This document shows, in pieces, positions 37,105 through 50,678 of a stretch of DNA of 64,000 nt. Positions within the stretch are counted from its first letter, which is position 1, and every line of letters begins with the position of its first letter. The notes beneath the pieces were generated by a model. That model did no database searches. It was not told the DNA's origin and saw nothing but the letters and a program-made list of their open reading frames with translations. Origin of the DNA: Octopus vulgaris (taxonomy: Eukaryota); NCBI GenBank assembly GCA_951406725.2, contig OX597828.1, positions 40,424,001-40,488,000 on the forward strand. The letters are read 5' to 3'. A program made the position numbers and the translations under genes.

Positions 37105-39076
37105 ATTTTTATATTTAGAAATTCACATGACTTCTTGTTCTCAAATCATTACACAGGCAACAATCAAAATCTGAAATTTTTTACCGTGACAAGGCCATGA
37201 ACCAGACTAAATTGGGAAATTCACCCCCATCCAACCTATGTTATCCCCTTTTGTTCTTTTCCATATTTGGCACAGTCCTTCTTACAGTTGATATCATTAC
37301 TAAGAAAAACTACTTTACAATGTAACCAGAGTGCATTTTATCCTGCAACAGGCACTACAGAAGTTGTCCGTGACGACATCATCATCATACCCATTTAATG
37401 TCTGTTTTCCATGCTGTCATGGGTTGGACAGTTTGATGGAATCCAGCAAGCTACAGGGTTACGCCAGGCTCCAGTGTCAGCTTTGGCATGTTTATTATGC
37501 CTGGATGCCCTTTCTAATGCCAACCATTTACAGTGAGTATTGGGTGCTTTTTATTGTGTTACCAGCACTAGTGGAATCACTATATATTGTAAACTGCCTT
37601 GTAATTATGATATTTTTGTTTTCCTGTGAAAGAGGCATGAGGTTGAGAGGTGTGTTCATACAAACTTTGGCGATATAAAGTGCACAATCTTACATGGTTT
37701 GTTATGGTTTCAGATGTATGGATATAGAGAAACAGAGAGCAAAACCTGGTAAAGTGATTTGCTTCATGAATTTTAAATTCTGTAAGGTTACTGAAAGTCA
37801 TTCATCGATTTTGCAGCTGTGTATGTGTGTGTATGTATGTATGTATGTGTGTGGTGTGTGTATGTATGCATGCATATACATATATATATATATATATGCC
37901 AGTTGGTGCACACAAGCTTTATGTTTGCTGGCTCCTACAGAACTTTTGTTGTAGTTGTATAATGGCTTTTGGAGTTAGATGCCCTTCCTCTCACTGGCCA
38001 TTTTACAATTTTTAAAAAGGCTGTGGCAGATATATTTGGCAGAGTCCCAAACACCTAAGAATTGAAATTGGATTACTATATTCCAATGACAAGCACTTTG
38101 TTAGCAAACAGTTGACCAATTAAAGAAATTACCGTTAACATGAACGTGATCTGGTCAATTATTAATGATGTCAGCAAATAGCTGACCACTTGGAATTCTG
38201 GCAGAACAAGATGTCATTAGCAATTTGTTTTTGATGCTCTTTTCCCTTAATAGAAACACTATCTGTACACTAGCTACCAGTGATGGTACATGCTTTAAGT
38301 CAGCTACTAGTACAGAAACACCTACAACAGCTGTTTTTCATCAATCACAACTGTTGAACGATTTAACAGGTGTAAACATTTTTTTTTTTTCTGCCATTGG
38401 TTGCAATTGCAATACATTGATTTGTTTAACAGTAAATCATCATCATCATCATCATCATCATATTTTTATATTTAGAAATTCACATGACTTCTTGTTCTCA
38501 AATCATTACACAGGCAACAATCAAAATCTGAAATTTTTTACCATGATAAGGCCATGAACCAGACTGAATTGGGAAATTCACCCCCACCAAACCTATGTTA
38601 TCCCTTTTTGTTCTTTTCCATATTTGGCACAGTCTTTCTTACAGTTGGATATCATTCCTAAGAAAAACTACTTTACAATGTAACCAGAGTGCATTTTATC
38701 CTGCAACAGGCACTACAGAAGTTGTCCGTGACGACATCATCATCATACCCATTTAATGTCTGTTTTCCATGCTGTCATGGGTTGGACAGTTTGATGGAAT
38801 CCAGCAAGCTACAGGGTTACGCCAGGTTCCAGTGTCAGCTTTGGCATGTTTATTATGTCTGGATGCCCTTTCTAATGCCAACCATTTACAGTGAGTATTG
38901 GGTGCTTTTTATTGTGTTACCAGCACTAGTGGAATCACTATATATTGTAAACTGCCTTGTAATTATGATATTTTTGTTTTCCTGTGAAAGAGGCATGAGG
39001 TTGAGAGGTGTGTTCATACAAACTTTGGCGATATAAAGTGCACAATCTTACATGGTTTGTTATGGTTTCAGATGTA
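36353..39076. repeat. Direct tandem duplication, unit about 1.36 kb (36353-37716 and 37717-39074)
   Basis: Both copies start TATGGATATAGAGAAACAGAG and end GGTTTCAGATG, with 2-bp TA microhomology at the junctions. Scattered substitutions and microsatellite length differences. Duplicated ORFs are visible in the track. Confidence 0.95.
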
Positions 39077-40032
39077 CCGCAGAAATTTGAGACCCAAGTA
39101 GGGTTGACAAGACAAAATGAATCTCACTGTTACTGATTGGTTCCTACATGGATTTAGTGTTGTGCCAATGTACCACTGGTTGTATGCTTAATTCTGTATT
39201 TTCTTCAGTTATCTATTGTAGTGTAACCTGAGCACTGTAGATAATAACCATATTATTATTACTATTATTATTATTATTATTATTTTCATTATTAGAGGTG
39301 GCAAGCTGGCAGAACTGTTAGCATGCTGGATAAAATGCTTAGTAGTATTTCATTCATCTTTATGTTCTGAGTTCAAATTCCACTGAGGTCAACTTTGCCT
39401 TTCATCTTTCCAGGGTCGATAAAATACGTACCAGTTGAGCAGTCCCCAATAAGTTTCAGACCTTGTGTCAGTAGTAAAAATGATTGGATGGGTGGCAGTC
39501 TCTTGTAGTCCAAGAAAGACTGTTCTGCAATTTCTTACTGAACAGTCTTTATAATGATCAAATGTATGTGTTGAACATTAGCTCTCTCCCTCCATCAAAA
39601 TCAATGCTACCTGTACAGGTGCACTGAGTAACACACATCAGGTGTCGAAGTGATTGCAGTGCAATTTGCAATTAAGTGTTTGGCCCAAGAACACAATGCA
39701 CCACCTGGTTCAGGAGTTGAAACCACAATTTTGTAATCGTGAGTACAACACCTCAACCACTAAGCCATGGACCCTCACTAGTTAAAAAGGATTATCATTA
39801 TTATTATTAGTGTGGTAAGGCAGTGAACTGGCAGAATCATTAGCGCGCTGGACAACATGCCTAGCAGCATTTCATCTGTCTTTGGGTTCTGAGTTCAAAT
39901 TCTGCCATGGTCGACTTTGTCTTTCATCCTTTCGGGGTCAATTAACAAAGTATCAGTGAAACACTGGGGTCAATGTAATCAACTAGTCTCCTCCCCACAC
40001 AATTTCAGGCCTTGTGCCTTTAGTAACAAAGG

Positions 40033-40068
<36 letters not shown>

Positions 40069-40457
40069 GTGGTGAGCTTAACCCTAACCCTTTTCTTCTT
40101 TACATTTGGAATTGAAATCCCATCAAGGTCAATTTTGCCTTTCATCCCTTCAAGGTCAATAAAATAAGCATCAATCAAGCACTGGAGTTGATGTAATCCC
40201 TTAAAATTGCTGGTCTTGTGCTACAATTAGAAAGACTTATTAAGTTGGCAGAACTGTTAGCATGCCAGACAAACCATTGCTTAGTGGCATTTCTTCCAGC
40301 TTCATGCATTGAGTTCAAATCCTACCAAAGTCGACCTTGCTGTTCATTCTTTCAGGGCTGGTAAAATAAGTACCAGTTGAACACTGGGATCAATGCAATC
40401 AGCTAACACTCTCCTGCCACAAAATTTCAGGCCTTGTACTATTAAAAAGAATTATTA

Positions 40458-40888
40458 CTTGTCTACTGGCTGTAGCAAAAAGAGGTAGTATGGTAGACCC
40501 GTTTGAAAGGGCCAAAGACAGATACTTTCCTCTTTGGCCAAGCCCTCATCAACTTTTTCAAGTTTCATTTGAAAAGGAAGTTGAGGGTGGAGAAGGAGGT
40601 GTTGCCTTCTAGCAAGTTTGTTGAAAGGTGGGTGAATGTTGGAAGAATGGCCAGTGTGAAAGGACCAACTCTGAGCGTGCACCTGTAGAAAAAAGTAGCT
40701 GTGGCTTTGGTGGGGTTTTCTATGAGGGCCTTAAAGTGCCTCCCCTATTGGGAGTTTTAATTTGTTCAATTTTAATTATTTATCTTGTTTACACATGGAA
40801 AACCCATTGTATCATGCCGTTTTTGTCTTTTATGTTGTTGCATGTCCTTTAATGTTATTTTATGTGAGCCCTTGTGGCTAATAAAAGA

Positions 40889-40890
<2 letters not shown>
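40458..40890 (+). mobile_element. Tx1/L1-like LINE 3' end (ORF2 C-terminus and 3' UTR)
   Basis: CLLAVAK/EVVW*TRLKG...GQALINFFKFHLKRKLRVEKEVL...FVERWVNV ends in a stop, followed by a UTR with AATAAA and a (TTA)n tail. The 13-bp sequence AAAAGAATTATTA is present at both junctions. Confidence 0.6.
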
Positions 40891-40929
<39 letters not shown>

Positions 40930-41257
40930 CATTACCATTATATCTTCCATGTGATGTTGCATGTGATATGTATGACTTTAGTCTTTCATTCCTGAGGGAT
41001 ATTGGTTTCACTGCGTATTAGGGGAGTCAGAAGACCAGAAGACAATGTGTCTCTAATTACTGAGGTACGAAGTAGGGATCTGAATTTGTTCAGGGTACTT
41101 GTTTATCCCTTCTTGTGAAATATTATTTCTAATTTGTGAATGTATGGTGAGAGCTGGTGTAGAGAGGAGCTAAGACTTAAGAAAATGTTATGTTAATGTC
41201 ATCTGTAAAGTTAACATTGAGATTAGGAAATATAAATAAATAACCAGCTTGAATTAC

Positions 41258-41359
41258 CTTCCAATGTGTTTCTTTTGCCATCAGCACCAATAAGAACATC
41301 AAATTGATATTCTGATACAGGATGGTTTGCCGGATTAACCAGTGCACGCCATCCAATTT
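41258..41359 (-). CDS. MICAL: MICAL coding exon 4 (DG motif)
   Basis: (K)[38 protein letters not shown] acceptor, G|GTAATT donor. 102 nt, phase 1 to 1. Confidence 0.96.
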
Positions 41360-44326
41360 CTGTAATGCAATAAACACACATAATCAGTGAAGTGACTTTA
41401 AGATATGTAAATATAAACAATCAAAATGTCTGAATTTTTTTTACATGTTTGTCATCAAAATACAAATAATCTTATAGAAAACAAACTTTATAAATCAATT
41501 AAATGGGAGAATCATATTAGCCATTCAAAAACATAAAAATTGTTAACCTCACTCAATCATTTAACTCTTTAGCATTTAAACTGGTCGTTTCTGGCCCAAA
41601 TATTCTACGTGTTTTATGTTCAAACAGGCCGCCAGATCCGACCTTTCACACCTACCTTTCAATGTCATTCTAAAAACAAATGATCACATCATTGAAATCT
41701 TGAAGCTTCGAGATAATGCATCGTTAATTCAAACCAAAGGGAATAAGTAAGCAATACATTTCACAAACTAATCTGAATGCTAAAGGATTAATATTTGGTG
41801 ACAAAATTTTCATTGCATTATCTACACCCTACTCACAGATTTTGTGGTTTTGAATGGTTGATATGTGTCTCCCATGATATAATCAATTGCTTCAGTTTCA
41901 GTATACAATCTCAAATCAAATTGTTGCCAGACAAGTACCAACTCTGAAACTCTATTTAAAAATATCACAAAGTTTCACTACTTTAGTTCACCAGATAAAA
42001 TACATTCAGTGGAAACTGATGATAAAAAGGATATTTGAGCCTAGTTGCATTTGAGTTATATAAATTCTTGTTATAGTTCTTGCTTAATATAATCTGACAT
42101 TGTCTGCTAAATGGTAGGAAATGGTTACCTGAACATTTACAGAATTTTTGCCTTCAAATATGATTATCAGAACAAAAGTAATGAAAACTTTTATTCGTTA
42201 AGATAACTTAGTTTGTACAATTTCAAAATTATTCTTGATTTTCTTCTCTATAATTTTATTTTCTATATCAATTTCCTGTTTGATGAATATCCATTATAAT
42301 ATATATTGATTAGAATATACATACACACAGATAAAAGGGTTTAAACTTCTTTTTCTTAGAAACAACACTGTCTATCTGAGTAAGCACGGCAACAGATGGC
42401 TGCATTGGCTTCCATTGAGAGATAGAAGAGGACAATACCCTGATTCTTACATTTATAATTCTATCCACTTTAGAATTATTTTAAAATTCGTAATACTCTG
42501 TAAGCAACAATGACCTACTTCCAAAGTCAGGTTAGCAAATTAAGTAATCACCATATATCATTGTAATTCATCATCATCATCGTTTAGCATCCGTTTTCCA
42601 TGCTAACATGGGTTGGATGGTTCAACTGGGGTCTGGGAAGCCAGAAGGCTGCACCAGGCCCAGTCTGATCTGGCAGAGTTTCTACGGCTAGATGCCCTTC
42701 CTAACACCAACCACTCCGTGAGTGTAGTGGGTGCTTTTTACATGCCAGACAAGGCTGGCAACGGCCACAATAGAATGGTGCTTTTTACGTGCCACCGGCA
42801 CGGAGGCCAGTCGGGGCAGCGCTGGCAACAGCCACGTTTGGATGGTTCTCTTACGTGCCACCGGCACTGTTATCACAGCTACAATTTCCATTGATGTTGA
42901 TCGATTTCGATTTTGACTTTGATTGTAATTGATATAACAAAAACTAAAGTAATTAAAGCTCACTCTTTTCTACCATTGAGTCACTTCTTAAACTTGGTTT
43001 CTTCAGAGTTAAATAGATCAGAAACAAATATTCTTCCAGCATTGGATAAGATGCTAAGCTGCAGCTTTACTAGCTTTAAAGTCCTGTGTGCAATCTTCTG
43101 TTAGGTTCTCAGAGGTTTTCTGGAACAGCAACTACCATGTGTTGACTGAGTCCACATTGGCCACCATCAGGATCTACAGACTAACGAGCTTCTATGTATT
43201 CTCTTAATTTGTTAGAATTAGCAACCAAATCTACTTTAAATCACATTGTAGTGTCTTAGAGGACAGGAAGGACACAGCAAATAGTGTAGTTCTAGAGATC
43301 TTAGCTGTCACTCGCAAGCAAAGATCTGTGGCTTGTACAACGCTTTCACTAGTTGTTTTAGGTGCCCAGGGAGACACAAGCAGACACACAGACACCCTCT
43401 TAACCTTACTGCCTTTGACCCAGTGGAACACTGAGGATGTGATAGCTGGAGAGACAGAGAGAGAGAAAGAGAGAGAGAGAGAGCAGTTCCTGCAATTAAG
43501 CTGGTACTCATTTTCAGCTAGGTAGACTGGGGCAATGAGGAATGAAGTACCTTGCTCAAGGACACAACACACTACCCAGTTTAGGAATTGAACTTATGAC
43601 TTTATGATCAGGCGGCCAACACATTAACCACTAGACCACGTACTTGTGAAGGCAAACAGTCTAAAGATTAGAATGCGGATCTCATATTCATTTTACACAT
43701 ATATATATATATATATATATACTTGGCCTGCTCGCTTAGCCAGCAGGGTGGCGTCACTTGAAGGCTAAAACAATGCAAAACGCATTGTGACCAGCGATGC
43801 ATAGCAACATCTGATAGCCTGGTCGGTCACGGTGATCATGGTGATATATATATATACTAAGAAATGAGAATGGTCAACACTTTTGATCATAGGTTTGCTT
43901 GATCTGGATTAACTTGGGGTTAAAGAACAACAGGTACACAAAAACAAATTACTGTCACATCGTGCCACCTTATGCTCAACTATTGCTTTTTGGTATGTGC
44001 AGTACGGTCATGCATACATGGCATCATCATGATTAATAATAGACATGTAGGTAACATCTTGGTGCAACAAGGGTCTGCTTGATCGGAGCTGACCTCGGAC
44101 TACGCAACAATTCTGACAATACAGAATGAAGTGCCCTGTGCAGGAAGATTCATCATCATTTAACATACACTTTCACATGCTCGCATGGATCTGATGGAAT
44201 TTGTTGAGGCAGATTTCTCATGGCTGGATGCCCTTCCTCTCACCAGTCCTCACCTGTTTCCAAGCATGGAAATATCTCCCCCATGGCCTGGCATGTTTTT
44301 CTAAAAAATAAATAACACATGATGTC

Positions 44327-44532
44327 AGGCGAAATGCGTAGCGGTATTTCGTCTGCCATTACGTTCTGAGTTCAAATTCTGCCGAGGTCGACTTTGCCTT
44401 TCATCCTTTCAGGGTTGATAAATTAAGTACCAGTTACACACTGGGGTCGATATAATCGACTTAATCAGTTTGTCTGTCCTTGTTTGTCCTCTCTGTGTTT
44501 AGCTCCTTGTGGGTAGTAAAGAAATTGGTATA
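44327..44532 (+). mobile_element. Second SINE family (GAGTTCAAATTC...GCCTTTCATCCTTTCGGGGTCGATAAA core), representative copy
   Basis: Related copies occur in tandem clusters at about 2932-3131, 5680-6260, 12975-13570, 14435-14790, 22935-23430, 29170-29580, 39295-40450 and 47845-48065, usually with (TAA)n tails. Confidence 0.75.
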
Positions 44533-45137
44533 TGCAACCACACACACACACAGAGTTTCTGTCAACTAAATTCACTCACAAGACAATGGTCATCCTGGGG
44601 GTATAGTAGAGAATGCACTCGCCCAAAGTGCCATGCAGTGGGCTTGAACACAAGACTACATGGTTGGGAAGCCACACCTGTGCCTTATAATACATTTTCA
44701 GTACATGCGAACTAACAACAGACGAGGTATTCAGGTGTTATCTCTTTATCCCTTCTGTCATGTTTAATCCCTTTTGCTCTCAAGCAGCTCCAACTGTCAA
44801 AATATACACTGTATGCCACAACCAAAAAAAGAAACAATGCAAGCATGTAGCCTGCTGAAGCTGGAACTCAACAACCTTTAATCAGGTTGAATATCTTTAA
44901 CTACTCAATCACTGTCTGGACCATTTATTTACTCATTAAGCTTCCCTCCCATTTCCATCATTACTGACAGGAAGTAGGTCTAGTATTCTTCAAGACATAT
45001 TGATTAAATCTATTATTAATTCCAAATGTGTAGTATCCTTAATCTGATATCTCTCTTAACATGTCCCCAGGCCTGTTGTAGAATTTTCCTTTCATCATAA
45101 TGCATGAACAGAAGACAAAGTGAAAAAAAAAAAAGGA

Positions 45138-45187
45138 TTTTATTAATTACTTTAGTTCATGATCATGAACTAAAGTAATTAATAAAA
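45138..45187. repeat. Perfect 50-bp palindrome
   Basis: TTTTATTAATTACTTTAGTTCATGA|TCATGAACTAAAGTAATTAATAAAA. Confidence 0.95.
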
Positions 45188-45283
45188 AATAGATAGTTAT
45201 TAATTAAAAGCAGTAAAAAAAATGGTTTGGATCCAAAGAAAAAGAAAATTGATGTAAAGGTATAAATAATTTCTTATATCAGA

Positions 45284-45668
45284 CTAGCAGTATCGCCCGG
45301 CGTTGCTCAGGTTTGTAAGGGAAATAACTATAAATCATTTTTAGAGAGTTATAGCCAAAAAACAGCAAAAATATGGAAAAAAATGATGGTAAATTTTTTT
45401 TTGAGATTTAAAAAAGGTGGAGTTGCGTCCCCTAGACAGTTTGTGGTTCGTGTTTCTGATTGTCGACCCCATGTCGAATTTATCGATTTTTTTCAGAACT
45501 GGGGGAAGTTTTCAAAATTTTCGCTGCGTTAGTTTTGAATTATGACATTGGGCTATGTGTGTGTCAAGTTTCATCAGAATCGGTTGAAAGCCGTGGTCAG
45601 GGTGAGGGTACAAGCAAACAGACACACAGAAACACGCACAGACAAACTGCCGTTTATATAGAGAGAGA
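45284..45668 (-). mobile_element. Non-autonomous Helitron, copy 1
   Basis: Minus strand begins TCTCTCTCTATATAAACGGCAG and ends with a CCTGAGCAACGCCGGG hairpin then GATACTGCTAG. Inserted between A and T. Confidence 0.8.
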
Positions 45669-46062
45669 TAATCTAAATTGATATTTAGTTAACAATTCAA
45701 ATTTTTGTTTAAAAGTCATAAGGGTTGGATCAGTCTTCTAATTTTAACATTTATAAAAATTGATGGGACAGATAAACATGGGAAAGGTTACCAATGATAG
45801 TCTGATCTCACATTCATAAAGTAGAAATATTTTTCATTTGTGCTTAAAGCCACAACAAACAGAAATACAAACCAGCCTCAAGGAATCTAAATGATTGCAA
45901 CAGGAAATCACACACACTCAAATACAAATGTATACATAGGTGCTGGCCTGGCTGTGTGGTAAGAAGTTTGCTTCTCAACCATATGGTTCTGGGTTCAGTC
46001 CCACTGCATGGTGCCTTGGGCAAGTGTCTTCTACTATAGCGTGAGGCCAACTATATAATTTA

Positions 46063-46461
46063 CTAGCAGCATAGCCCGGCGTTGCCCGGGTATGTAAGAG
46101 CTCCCAGTAGGCAACGACTAATCCCAATCTAGTTATTTCCCTCTAGGGAACGAAGGCGCATGTATACGTTGCAATGTCTTCTCTTCACTCGAATACTTCT
46201 ATGTATACGATGTTCCTAGCTGCCTCCTGACAGAAAATGTGTTGCATATAAAAAGCTTAGATTCTTGACCCCATGTCGAATTTATCGATTTTTTCAGAAC
46301 TGGGGGAACTTTTCAAAATTTTTACTGCGTTAGTTTTGAATTATGACATTGGGCTATGTGTGTGTCAAGTTTCATCAGAATCGGTTGAAAGCCGTGGTCA
46401 GGGTGAGGGTACAACCTGACAGACACACAGACAGACAAACTGCCGTTTATATATATAGAGA
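46063..46461 (-). mobile_element. Non-autonomous Helitron, copy 2, nested in a SINE (45936-46700)
   Basis: 5' TC, 3' CCCGGGCAACGCCGGG hairpin then CTAG, A|T insertion. About 190 bp of the 5' part is nearly identical to copy 1. Confidence 0.8.
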
Positions 46462-47453
46462 TAGAGATATATGTGTGTGTGTGAGTGTGTCTTCGTGTCT
46501 GTATTTATCTCCAACACTACCATTTGACAACTGGTGTTGGTGTGTTTATGTCCCCATAACATTAGCAGTTAAGCAAAAGAGACTGATTGAATATGTACCA
46601 GGCTTAAAAAAATATAGGCACTGGGTTTGATTTGCTCAACTAACAATTCTTCAAAGTGGTGCCCCAGCATGGCCATAGTCTAATGACTAAAATAAATAAA
46701 AGATTACTATAATCTGTGAATATACTTTATATGTTGGTTATTCACAAAAGTAAATTACAAATCTAAAATAATTTTTTTTAAATAGTCAAAATGCCAAGAG
46801 ACAATTTAATGTTGTTAACATACAGAATTCAGCATTTACCAAGCCTTAGAAATATATTTATCACAGATCATTAACCTTTAGCATGTTTAGGTGTATCATG
46901 GCGCCATACAAGTTTTCTCCCCTATTGTGCTCAGACAACCAGCTCGAGAATGGCCATGCTTTGACATCCATAGCAACAGGTCACTTTCCAGCCTTTGTTT
47001 AGCTCACCAGTACTGTCTCGCAAAGCGCAAGCACCTTTCCCTAGTGATACTGGAAACAGGTAAGAGATCTCCATACAAGTGTAACTTGGGAGGATGAGTT
47101 CACCAAGGTATGTTTAACCCTTTAGTGTTCACATTATTCTGCCAAAACTAATGCTTTTTTGTCCTCATTGTTTTGAACTAATCATTCATTATCTTGAGGC
47201 TATGAGATTTTGATGAAGTAGCTGTTAATTTTTAAAATGATATTGTAGGGTTGGTGTGAGAGACCAGATCTGGCCAGTTTTAACATAAAACAGGCAGAAT
47301 ACTTTTGGCCGGATATGGCCGGTTTAAATGCTAAAGGGTTAAGACTGCTTTTAACATTCGTTTGTAAGTTCCATCTAAATTAATTTCCAGTTTTCTGGTA
47401 ATCAATCCAGGCTGTAAATAACCAAAACTAACAGAAGAAATGCTAGAACTTAC

Positions 47454-47570
47454 TTTCTTTGCTTTGATCAGCCGGGGGTTCTAAAAGATTCTCAAACGAT
47501 ACATTGTAGTGCACCTCCACACCAAAAATAAGAGCAACTTTTAACAGAATGCACTGAAGTTGACGGATAC
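47454..47570 (-). CDS. MICAL: MICAL coding exon 3 (not in ORF track)
   Basis: Manual translation (S)[43 protein letters not shown] acceptor, A|GTAAGT donor. 117 nt, phase 1 to 1. Confidence 0.96.
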
Positions 47571-49288
47571 CTGAAGAAAAAAACAGAACATTCAACAACC
47601 AATTTTATTGCCATAATACAAAAATTTGTTTAACAGTTAGTTGGTCATACAGTGAAAGAATAATTACTTAATGGCCACTGACCATCATTTCGGGCTAGAC
47701 ATTTTAACTCTTCTATGACCATATTTCTTTTAATGAAATACATTGTCTATGGTTTTACAATCAATTTTGATAAATATTGAAGAATTTGGAAAAAATTAAT
47801 AAAATAACTGTTACTATTATTAACCCTTTGGGGTTTATTAATCTTAAAGGCAGCGAGTTGGCAGAATTGTTTGCATGCTGGGCAAAATGCTTAGCGGAAT
47901 TTCTTCTATCTTTACATTCTGAGTTCAAATTCTGTCACGGTTGATTTGCCTTTCATTCTTTTGGGGGTCAATAAAATAAGTACCAGTTGATCACTGGAGT
48001 TGATATAAATGATTTACACACTCCCCTGAAATTGCTGGCCTTGTGCCAAAATCTGAAGTCATTACTAACTCTTTAGCATTCAGACTACTGTCAAATGTAA
48101 TGCTTATTTATTCACTATGTTTGTAATTAATCATTCATTATTTCACAGCTTTGAGATGTTGGTGATATGACTGTTTATTTTTAGAATGACATTGTAAGGT
48201 AGATGTGGGAAACAGGATATAGGTGGTTTGAATATTAAACAGATAGGACATTTTAGCCAAATGCTAGTTTAAATGCTAAATGGTTAAGATAGTGTTTGGA
48301 TATTATAAAAAGTTTTATCACAGAAGAAAGCTAGGATTTAAATTTAAATAAGAATATTTTAAAATGGACCATATTTCTAACAAAATATATAGCCTGTGAT
48401 TTTTCAATGAATTTCTTTAAATAATTGAGAATTTGAAAGGATTTAGTAAAATGACTAAATTTTACTAATTCTTCATTATTAAACTGGTGTTTAAAACATA
48501 AATTACATTCTAGAAGGTTTTAAATTTAATCCTTTACAAAGGTTATAAATTCTTCATTACAGAATCAATCAATTTTCTTAAGCATTATAGCATTTTTAAC
48601 TTCACAAATTTAACATGATTTTTGCCTTTTTTTCTTCTTGCCTTTTCTTATTATTTACTTTGATTTGTACTTAAAATAATCAATAACAACAACTACAATG
48701 GTTTCTATATAGCTTACAAAAGGTTTCAATAGCTATAAAGTGAGACACATTGTACCTCTTGCACTTTAAAACAAAATCAACGCACAGAGCTAAACATTTT
48801 GTAGTCAGTTATATCAACCCAAATACTTAGGTAGTATATAATTTATCAACCTTGGAAGGATGAAAGCCATAGTAAATGTCAGTAAAATTTGAACTATGAA
48901 TGACTAAATACTGTAGGCGTTCCATCAGCTGCTTAACAAACTCCACCAATAATAATGACAGAGAATAGCAATGATTCTTAACCGAAGAACAGAGCCACAA
49001 ATTTTAGGAAGGGTTTAGTTGATTATATATCACTTTCAGTATTTAACCAATATATTTTTATCAACTCAAAAGGGATTAAAGGATAAGTGAAGTCCAGTGA
49101 GATTTGAACCCAGAACATACAGGTACAAAACTAAATGATCCAAGGCATTTTGTTCTCTGGTATTCTATAATGTCTGATCTTCATATCTTCATACAATTAA
49201 CACTTAACAATTGTGATACTCATGAAGAACAGGAAACAAGAAAATTGAATAATCTCTTCAGAAGTGAATGTAAATCGGTCAAACTTAC

Positions 49289-49496
49289 TTATATGATCAA
49301 TGGAACCAGCACAGAATTTCCCAAAGAACTTCTTGGCACCAAAATTCTTCAGGTCAGTTATCAGGAATGGCCAAAGATGTAGAACATTATTACGAGAAAA
49401 ACTATCTCGCTTCTCTAACACCACGGCCTTCCCACCCAACAGAGCAATCTCTATTGCTGTCCTCAAACCACATGGTCCTGAACCAATGATGAGTAC
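49289..49496 (-). CDS. MICAL: MICAL coding exon 2 (FAD-binding GxGxxG motif)
   Basis: [44 protein letters not shown]...[23 protein letters not shown] acceptor, A|GTAAGT donor. 208 nt, phase 0 to 1. Confidence 0.97.
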
Positions 49497-50408
49497 CTGA
49501 AATAAAAATAACAATATATATATATAAGTACATACATATATAGCAGAAAGGAGTTCAGTTTAAATAATATACTCTACAACAAGTGTTGAGTACTTTCTTT
49601 CTCATTCAAGACAAAAGATAATGTTTGAATGTTCTGTATGTCTTTTTTTTATACATTTACTTATTTAGTTATTCATCTAAAGGTGAGGTTTCTCCCCATC
49701 TCTATATAGTTTCTTCCCTTTTTTATGGTGACTGACTGAGAAAATGCTGTCAAAAATGGAAGCAAGAAATTTAAAATGGTCACAGAGAGTAGTCTCAGCT
49801 TCAAATATATGAGTCAACTACCACAGATATTGGAAAGTTCTTTTCTTCAGCTATAAATTTAAATGTGTGTGTGTGACAAAATTATAGAATGTCACGCTGG
49901 CACTCAACAGTTGTAAGCTAATGAAGGTCATTATGTAACTCCTATTCTTCTGTCATTAATTAATTTGTATAATTTATATGGCTGTGTGGTAAATAGCTTG
50001 CTTCCCAACCACATGGTTCCAGGTTCAGTCCCACTGCATGGCACCTTTGCAAGTGTCTTCTACTACAGCCTCGGGCCAACCAAACCCTTTGTGAATGGAT
50101 TTGGTAGATGGAAACTGAAAGAAGCCTGCTGTGTGTGTGTGTATGTATATATATATAATGTATGTATGTATGTGTGTTTGTGTGTCAGCGTTTGTCCTCC
50201 CCACCATCACTTGACAACCGATGCTGGTGTGTTTATGTCCCTGTAACTTAGCAGTTCGGCAAATGCTACATTCACAGCTAATAAATCCTGTCTTAAGTGC
50301 TTTTTCTTAATTGCAGGTAAAAGCAAAAAAATTATTTTTATTCAAGAAGTATTTTAAGTGAGAGGTGCCAAAGCAACATATGAAACTTATCAAAATTTAA
50401 CAACCTAC

Positions 50409-50678
50409 CTTGGTATTTACGCAAGCTTCGCCTTTTCTGTATTCCTTGTGGCTTGCTCTTTTGTCCAGCTTGGCCCACAGTGACTGAGCTTTCCATGATG
50501 TCAATCTCAATTTCAACCTTCGATAGAAATGTCGGTGATCCGTCTGTTTAATCTCCAAGGAATCGCAGAGTAGTTGGAATGTATGTAAGATAGATTTACA
50601 TGTCCCTGCATTCACAAACTGGTCAAACAGTACATTTGGGTCTCCACTGTACCCACTTTCTGGCGCAGAAGTCTCCAT
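50409..50678 (-). CDS. MICAL: MICAL coding exon 1 (start codon; N-terminus of monooxygenase domain)
   Basis: METSAPE...FDQFVNAGTCKSILHTFQLLC...FYRRLKLRLTSWKAQSLWAKLDKRASHKEYRKGEACVNTK matches the MICAL N-terminus. Donor AAG|GTAGG at 50408. Acceptor TTGCAG ends at 50697, and the exon's first in-frame codon (50696-50694) is TAA, which supports this ATG as the start. 270 nt, phase 0. Confidence 0.95.
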
